Part shown: positions 55,164 through 63,842 of the stretch, piece by piece
Numbering within the stretch: position 1 is the stretch's first letter
Layout: every line of letters starts with the position of its first letter
Source: Welwitschia mirabilis
Taxonomy: Eukaryota
DNA length: 63,842 nucleotides
Assembly: GCA_051453625.1 (NCBI GenBank)
Contig: JBOZIK010000001.1
Span: forward strand, 23,853,641-23,917,482
Direction: 5' to 3'
Notes under the pieces: model-generated
Told to the model about the DNA's origin: nothing
Seen by the model: only the letters and a program-made list of their open reading frames with translations
The model's database searches: none
Made by a program: the position numbers and the translations under genes

Positions 55164-55880
55164 TGATTATTAAGATGATAGTTCATCATAATTAGTATAA
55201 AATAAAATAACAATAAAAAAACTTTTTTATAATATAGGAAAAAATAATTAAATAAGTTTTATTAAACAAGAAAAAAGCACAAGATCATAAGAGTTTCTTT
55301 AAATAGGTAATGGAGTCATCATGGTGGTTCATAACTAAGAAAATCATTAAAAAAATTTTAATAAGTGTCTAATAAATTTTGAGAGGAATAAATCCTTATT
55401 AAAGTCACCATTACACTAGGAAGCATCAGTCACCGGGAGAGAGATCTAGAAGATTTAAAATAATTTTCCATTCTTATCATCAAGAATTAAATAATGTATA
55501 GTACTAAAAATTGCTATAGTAATAATTCAAGATCACAATGCATTAAATAGATGATAATAAGGGCTACTTTTAAAATTCACTTCTTATAATGGAAAGTGAA
55601 AAGATCTTTCTTAGCCCCAAAAAATCTCTTAGAAGCATAATGTAGGACTCTCTTCATATGACTAATTCTATTTTCCCTTTTTAAAATTACATAGAGAGAT
55701 TCCTGTAAGTAAGAAAACATTCCTTAAAGAATCTAATTACTAAGCCATATATTTATCATCTTGGCCTATGAATAATTGAGAATTAAAAAAAATTAGAATA
55801 CATACATAAATAAAAGATAAGCCTAATATCCATTTTCTAAACTTTTACTAGTTCTAGCTACCTCATCTTATAAGATTCCA
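55164..55880. repeat. Unclassified dispersed repeat, copy 2
   Basis: Direct copy of 11568-12290. Confidence 0.85.
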
Positions 55881-57999
55881 CATAGTATTATGAAGTATCA
55901 TAAGGATTAAATAACTCACTAACACTCATTGGGTGGATGCGATTATGCCTACACACCAAGCCTTAATAACTTAGTGATTTAATGCATGTTTTAGGATATA
56001 AGAATTATTAAAGGAAAGGAATAAAGTGGGATCTCTAGATCTTTGGAGCATTTCCATTTTCTTGTGTTGTTAATCAAATATTGCTTCTTTCTTCTTAAAC
56101 TTATATTTTCTTTTATTTAACTTTTTTATTACGAGTTAAAATATTATGTACCCTTTAATTAAATTTACATCATATATCCCTATCAAAGAATGATGCTAAG
56201 TGTTTCACTCAGTTTAAATCTAGATGAGTGCTGTACTTTAATCATATTTTAGCATAGTTACTGAAGGTATATTAGCATGTGAATTTTTTCAAGAGTACAT
56301 GATTATGTTGTTACAATTATTTTTAGTTAGATTTTATTCTTTTAGTGGTGGGTACTGGTATATTTCTAGTAAAATCTGAACTGGTTCTTTTCTCTTTTGT
56401 TTTGTATATTTTTTATTTGCTTCTAGTGGTAGGTAGTAATCTATTTCTAGTAAAACCTAAACTAGTCTAAATTGTTAAGTTTAGTTTTCAATCTGATATT
56501 TAAAAATTTTCTTGTATATCTGTTATTTTCAAGTTGTAAGCCTAATGAATTTTTTGCAGGTGCAACCAAACTTAAGATCATAAACTAAAATTGAATCAAA
56601 ACTCTAATAATTTATTTTATGTATTATGGTTTCTATACAATTTTTTAATTTTTCATCCTATAAATTTTTGTTTCTATTTTATAAATCCTATTAAAATTTT
56701 AAGAAAAATTAAAAATGTTAATTTTAATTCCCTATGTTGAATTTTTGTAAAACCATAGTCATTTTGGGTTTTTATTAACTTTTTTTAAGATCTTATAACT
56801 CAAAACCTTTTTTTATAGAACTATAAACCCCTTTTGCTTTATCCCAAACTATTTTATGCAATTGAAATAATGTTGTCACTTTTCCTAACTAGTGCTGCTA
56901 GCATTTTTGCTTTAAATTCCATGAAACTTTAATAGCATCTTTTTGTGATATATCTAAACCTTGTCAACTTATAAGTTCCCTTTAAAACTATGAAAAATCT
57001 AAAAAACATGAACTTTAAACCACAATTATGAATTATTTTCTTGAACTTAAAACATGTGTTAATCTCTAAACCTATTTCAGACACCTTTTAATTTGAATAC
57101 TAAAAACCCCTATAGTCTATAGAATCAAAACTAACCTAAACACACCATAGAAGACTTCATTATATCTAGACAAACCTTTGAAAATTACCTTAAATCTCAT
57201 TTGTAGTTAGATCCTCATAACTTTGATTTACAAAACCCCTATACCAAATTGCAAGAGTTTAATCCATCACCTTTTTTTAACCTTTCATGATCCCTATCCT
57301 TCGCCATTATTTTTGTATCCATCATTCTTTAATTCTTATCCTTCATCTTCCCATGAATGGCCTTTATTTCCCTTCCATATTCTTCATCATTTAACCAATA
57401 CCATTCAACTTACAAACCCTCTTTAAATTCCTTAGAAGATACCCTTATATGATTCATAGAAGCTCAAATGCAAACAACCAAAACCTTGAGTAGGATATTA
57501 AATAGTTAATCCAAATTACTACTTAAATCTTTAAAAAAACTAGAAGTTAAAAAACGTTCCTATATTCCCTAAATCTAGAAAATTAGAAAATGTTAAAGGA
57601 ATTAGTGAGACTAAAATTAATAACACCTAAATCATATTTCTTAAGAATGAGTAAAAATCCCATAATTAAACCAATGATATCATCCAAAAGGACCTTTAAT
57701 TTAGACATGCCTTAGAGAGTAAGAGATTGCATGCAAATAGGTTGCATTTTGAAGTAGGATTAGACACTTTAGATGATAATGTTCAATTAGTTAAAAGTAA
57801 GTGAACATATGAGGGACAAGAAAAATTAGAATGTTATACATCAAATGATGAACTAAAAAGTGATATTAATGAAATTAACAATGTATCTATCTTTGAATCT
57901 TAACCAACGTCGCCTATGCAAAGTTGTGAGGAAGAATCCCTTAAGAATGTTAATGGAAAAAATAATATTTATCAAGATCCTAAACATAATTCATCCCTT

Positions 58000-58640
58000 G
58001 AAAAATATTTTTCTCAACAATCCCTTAAGCCAATAATAACATTCTCATCTTTACCTTCTTAGTAAGATTTGAACCTTAATGAGAAAGATAAATCATCTTC
58101 ATCTTTGGAACCATCTTTAATACTTTCTTTAATAATTATTCACCTACCATGGTTTCCACTTCATATTTGTCTTCACTTGAAAATGACGTCTTGCATGAGT
58201 TGTTGAACAAATAGGAAAAGGGCAAGGATTGAAATATTTTCGATTTTGAATCAAGTAATTTACTACTGATGTACTTTCTTATTTTTTTAATTCATGCATA
58301 AACATTTATGAGGATTCTATCTCATTTTGAATGCTTTGAGTTATTTCTATTCATCATTCAATCTTGGCATTCATTATTTTGAGACTTTACATATGCAATG
58401 TCTTCAAAAAAGTCCTAAAATTTTTTTTTCCTTATATGATTTAAAATAAGGATTTTTTCAATAGATGTTCCTTTTAGGATAGATATAAGTATAAAAAATT
58501 GAAAATGTTAAAAAATTTTATGCTTGGTGCCCTTTCATACCTCAAACTACCTAGGCACTTAGAGTTAAACATTTTTAGGTAGGGAATCCTAAATATTATT
58601 CACTCTACTAAATAAATCATCACTGCATCAAATTCCACTT
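58000..58640 (+). repeat. Third copy of the retroelement 3' region seen at 22880-23480
   Basis: Shared ttggaaccatc, aaaatga(c/t)gtcttgcatgagttgtt, atcattcaatctt. Confidence 0.65.
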
Positions 58641-58680
58641 TTCATTCCTTTCATTCTCACTTGATAAGTAAAGATAATAA

Positions 58681-61600
58681 TGTAAATTTTTCTTATTAAT
58701 AAATATTTTTTTTTTTGATAATTATATATTTTAGATGGTATTCAATATTCATCTTTAGTGCTTGGGTTACTATACTAGTTATTTAATATACTCATTAGTT
58801 AATAAGTTAGTTAGTTTATATATTAGTAGGTCAGCATATAGAATTATATCATTATGTTATAGATACAAAATGCCATTTGGCATGAGAATGATGAATAAGA
58901 TCAAGGTGGTAGAAATATAACAACAAATTCAACCATAAGCCAATTCTTTAGGATTAAATAAAGAAATCAACAAAATAGAAAGGGATAAAGGGTATAAAAA
59001 AGGGACACCATAGAGAAGAGGGATATTTTAGGAAAACATCTCTAGAAATAGAACTAAGAAAGAGGTCAAAGGAAAGCTTCAAATATTCTAAACAGGATGT
59101 AGTAGCATCTCTAATGTTCCAGTATTACCTATAAAGAAAAACACAAACCTATCAGTATATCTCTGCATAACATTCTAGTATTTTAATATAAAGCTAAAAA
59201 GCTTGAGAAGTATTCTTAACATATTTTATTACTTGAAAAAATAATATTCTCTTTTACTTACTCTTGTTTATATAGCTAAACATGGATTAGGATAATTAAC
59301 AATACCCAGAAATAAGTATTGTTTAGCATTCAGTGAAACTTCTATTATGTTTTTTCCCATTTTCTTCAATTTCCATAATGTAATATATGTAAATAGTAAA
59401 CTTTAGCAATTATTAACCTAAGTAGTTCAAGTAAATTTATCATGAGTTTATCTNNNNNNNNNNNNNNNNNNNNNNNNNNNNNNNNNNNNNNNNNNNNNNN
59501 NNNNNNNNNNNNNNNNNNNNNNNNNNNNNNNNNNNNNNNNNNNNNNNNNNNNNAGTAAACTTTAGCAATTATCAACCTAAGTGGTTCAAGTAAATTTATC
59601 ATGAGTTTATCTTAATGATGTATTTTAAACTAAATGATTAGATTGTTAATGGTCTTAGCTAATTATTTAGTAAACCTCTAAATTTAATTTAATGGTTAAC
59701 CTCATTTCAAATTAACAACATCATAATTTTTTACATTTTCATCATAATTTCATATTATTTTATATATCTATTTGATAATATAAGATTTCATCATTTTGGC
59801 ACTAGAAGTATGCTGTCCTAAAGCCAAGTAGTAGAGGTAAAGAAGTCTATAATCCAATAGGATCATAAAGGAAAATGGTAAAATGAGAGAGGTAAGTTTG
59901 TTAAAAACCCATAAAAATATGATTTAAATGAATAGACTGGAAGTAGGATTAAAATATAAATAGAAGAAAAAGATTTTATTATGGATGAAACCATATTGGA
60001 AAGACAATGAAAGAACAAATCTTTCTTGAATTAATGAGTGAAATAGAATAGCAGTTGCTTACTTTTCTTAAATCACCTATCACTTAAGGAGAATCTTTTC
60101 AAATACTTAAATAAATAAACCTGAAAAGAAATTTATAGTAAGATATTATTAGGAAGATTATAGAGATTTAAAACCTTTAAATTATTAAACTCATTGGTTA
60201 GAATATTTAAGACCTATTAATCCTATATCCTTAGAGTACCCCAAAAAAGTGAGAAATATAAATATAATATCAATACCCACTTTTGAGGGAAAGAAATTAG
60301 AAGAACCTCTATTGCATTTAAGTTTAATTAATGCCTTTGTAGGATCATGAACCCTAGAGGGGGGTGAATAGGACTTCTAAAAAATTTAAATAATTATTAC
60401 TTTCAAAAGAAATTATGTATAAAAATATATAACAAAATGAAATCAAAAAGCAAAACCAAAGCAAATGCACAAGACAAGATTTATAATGGTTTGGGATACA
60501 CCCTACTCCACTCTCAAAAAATAGTCAATGACCAAGACTATTCTGGATCTTTATTGCATCACTATGCACTAGGTTTTTAAGGTTAATCTTNNNNNNNNNN
60601 NNNNNNNNNNNNNNNNNNNNNNNNNNNNNNNNNNNNNNNNNNNNNNNNNNNNNNNNNNNNNNNNNNNNNNNNNNNNNNNNNNNNNNNNNNNNNNNNNNNN
60701 NNNNNNNNNNNNNNNNNNNNNNNNNNNNNNNNNNNNNNNNNNNNNNNNNNNNNNNNNNNNNNNNNNNNNNNNNNNNNNNNNNNNNNNNNNNNNNNNNNNN
60801 NNNNNNNNNNNNNNNNNNNNNNNNNNNNNNNNNNNNNNNNNNNNNNNNNNNNNNNNNNNNNNNNNNNNNNNNNNNNNNNNNNNNNNNNNNNNNNNNNNNN
60901 NNNNNNNNNNNNNNNNNNNNNNNNNNNNNNNNNNNNNNNNNNNNNNNNNNNNNNNNNNNNNNNNNNNNNNNNNNNNNNNNNNNNNNNNNNNNNNNNNNNN
61001 NNNNNNNNNNNNNNNNNNNNNNNNNNNNNNNNNNNNNNNNNNNNNNNNNNNNNNNNNNNNNNNNNNNNNNNNNNNNNNNNNNNNNNNNNNNNNNNNNNNN
61101 NNNNNNNNNNNNNNNNNNNNNNNNNNNNNNNNNNNNNNNNNNNNNNNNNNNNNNNNNNNNNNNNNNNNNNNNNNNNNNNNNNNNNNNNNNNNNNNNNNNN
61201 NNNNNNNNNNNNNNNNNNNNNNNNNNNNNNNNNNNNNNNNNNNNNNNNNNNNNNNNNNNNNNNNNNNNNNNNNNNNNNNNNNNNNNNNNNNNNNNNNNNT
61301 TAGAAAATGCACAATGGTGATTGAGAGAATGAAGCCTCTATGCTCTAAATCACTCAAGTGAAAGAACTGATAATGGAGCCTTATTACTTAGATTTGATAC
61401 AAAGATAAGTGCTAAGTAAGAGAAGAATGATAGTACAAAAATAAGCCTTTTAGATCAAGAGTGCAGTATTCCTTTTCAAAAATGAATTTTAATCTCAATT
61501 CCTAGGGTGTTTTGAGTGTTGTCTCTTATTCATAGATTTCCCCAAAATATAACTGTTTAATTAGATGGGCACAAATCTAACATTTGTAATGGATATATTT

Positions 61601-63842
61601 GTTGTTATAACAGTTAGAAAATTGCTTTAAAATTTTTACTTCCACGCTAACCAGTCAACCCCTTGAAATATCCGATCGACCCAAGATCTAGTCGCCCTTA
61701 TAGAAATGTTTGGTCGCCCTTATTTGGCTCAGATTTTAATAGTATGCTCATTAGGTCACCCTTACAGAAATGTTGGGTTGACCTAACAATGTTCAGTCAC
61801 CCTTATAAAAATGTTGGGTAGACCTAACAATGTCTGGTCGCCCTTACAAAAATGTTAGGTTGACCCCACTTGAAGTATCCTTACTTAGAACATGTTCAAA
61901 TATTTCTATCTTTTGGATATTGATTCAGCAGTTTCTTGCACCTTTAAAATCACTTTTAATTCTATAAAAATCATATTAGTTTAAATCAATTAGCAAAAAT
62001 AAAATCCTAATAGCCTTCTACAAAGTAAGTTAACTTGATTTATAATCGAATTTTCTGAAGTACTTTGCTTTTTCTTTAAAGGGGATGCTCAATTATGGTA
62101 TCATAAAAATCCTAATCATGTTTTTAGTTCATGTGGACTAGTAAGAATGCTTTCTTAGCTGAATTTTAATCCATAAGGATAGTTGAAGATTTAAAAGAAT
62201 AAATTTTGAATATTAAATGGAAAGATAATGAAAGGTTTTACAAGTTCATGAATAGTTATAATATATTATTAGTTAAATATTCTAACCATAGAATTACAAC
62301 TAAAGAATGAGTCAAATCTTAATCTAGAGGATTAAAAAGTTAAACTTTGAAATAATTAGATTTACTATATAAAGAAATCATCAAGACAATGAATATTTAA
62401 GAGGTAGGAGAAGCTATTACTCAATTTTATAACATAAGTTAAGGATGGAAGCAAGAAAGTGTAAAGAAGAAAAGGATAAATCAAGTATTTATAAAAAATT
62501 AAATGGTAGTATGTATAATTCAAAGTATATCAATCGTATGAAAGAAGTATCTAAAAAGATAACTAATAGTATGATGGGAAAATTTGATTAACTCGATATA
62601 CAACACTTTAAAGAGGAAGAAGGACCTATATGTAAACACCATGAAGAAGATAATAATGAAGGAATAGAATATCCCTAGATGTAGGAATTTGTTCATTACT
62701 TGGATATTAATAGAGTAGATAAAAATATATTAGACCAACTTGAAGAAAGAAAAAAAACCGTATCCTTATTAAAGTATAAAATGATAAGGTAAGTCAAAAA
62801 ATCATTTGCAAAGGTACGTAGATTGTAAAAGGCAAGAGTAATATGATTATTATAGAAATTAGAGAAACAAAGATTCAAACTACACAAAAGAAAAATCAAA
62901 AGCAGGGAAGAAAGAGGGAAAATCCTTACTCAACCTCAACCAAATACAAGGGAAGCAATAAGATAAAAGGGAAAAAATTGAATATCTCTCTAGTTGTTGA
63001 AGGAATAAATATAGGAAAGGAAGCAATACTTGATACATTAGTGGATCCTCTACTATTTTTAATGAGAATTAAACAAATAGAACATCTTGAAAAGGATACA
63101 AAATATTTAATAAAGGCTTTAGAAGATACAACAATATCATTACCTCTTTTAAAATTACTTAAAGATGTATCTATTTATTAGAAGCAAATGAAGAGCATGT
63201 GCTTAAAACAAAGGAATAACAAAGGAAAGTAAGAAGGAAAAATAAATCAAGATGGTTATGAAAGATCAAGTTTCTTGAACTTCCACTTAAGTTCTTCAAA
63301 ATCAATAGCATGAAAAATATAGTAATTCAGAAGCACCTATGGGAGATATAAAAATTAATGGAAAGCTCAAAATAAAAGCACTTGTGGATTTAAAAGCAAG
63401 TTTTAATGTAATGGCATATGAAACTTATGAGGAATTTGGAAAGCCAAAATTGATACCTTACTAAGGAAAACTGTACCTGACTAATGGTTTAGTAGTAATA
63501 TTAGAAGGAGTTATAAAGAATATACCCATCAAACTCAAGGGATTTATCTACTTAATAGATATTTTAGTAATGACAGCTCAAAGAGATATTGATGTAGTAA
63601 TTTTAGAAAGACCTTGAATGGCTATTACAGATGCTACTACTTGTTCTAAAAAAGTGGTAATGAAAATTAGTTAAGAAGATCTTAAGAAAGAGATCAAGTT
63701 ATCTGATACAAGGCTATGGAGGAGATGGTGCATAATACAGAAGCTTGAATCAATCCAATTCTGATAGAAGAGGTTAGTATGATGTTAAATAAGAAAAATG
63801 GAAAAAAATATGAAGGAGAAAGCCTGACATCTTAAGAAATAG
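58681..63842 (+). mobile_element. Athila-like Ty3/gypsy 5' part: putative LTR (to ~59793), PBS-like TGGCACTAGAAG, degenerate gag and aspartic protease
   Basis: PTFEGK..EEPLLH gag motif at ~60277; KALVDLKASFNVMAYETYEEFG protease at ~63375; ATCA-TTT-TGGC junction at 59790-59800. The LTR start is uncertain. Confidence 0.7.
60338..62012 (-). mobile_element. Solo LTR (Sirevirus-related) with TSD GCCTT
   Basis: GCCTT at 60333-60337 and 62013-62017. The left end is the reverse complement of the LTR end tcctattcacc..ctctag..gatccta(c/t)a. ~41-bp repeats at 61690-61865. Includes a ~710-N gap. Confidence 0.85.

Overview
AT-rich eukaryotic, almost certainly plant, heterochromatic DNA from a gapped assembly. 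It is a nest of decayed LTR retrotransposons, and I found no intact host protein-coding gene. Recognisable elements: (1) a minus-strand Ty1/copia gag-protease remnant (~1.5-4.1 kb); (2) a chromovirus/CRM-like Ty3/gypsy pol (~5.1-8.7 kb); (3) several copies of an Athila-like LTR/3' region; (4) a Tekay-like LTR and integrase; (5) a short-LTR copia family present twice, one copy lacking RT; (6) a Sirevirus-like copia (42690-55133) with GGTAT target-site duplication, three LTR ends and an env-like extra ORF; (7) a solo LTR with GCCTT TSD inserted in an Athila-like gag-protease. The only clearly intact gene is tRNA-Thr(CGT) at 9157-9228 (-). It sits in a sharp CpG-rich island with flanking inverted repeats, whereas the rest of the window is strongly depleted of CpG and shows pervasive C>T/G>A decay. 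I found no convincing novel multi-gene system; the tRNA island and the three-LTR element are the best leads. Element boundaries without a TSD or PBS are approximate, and all identities are judged by eye.
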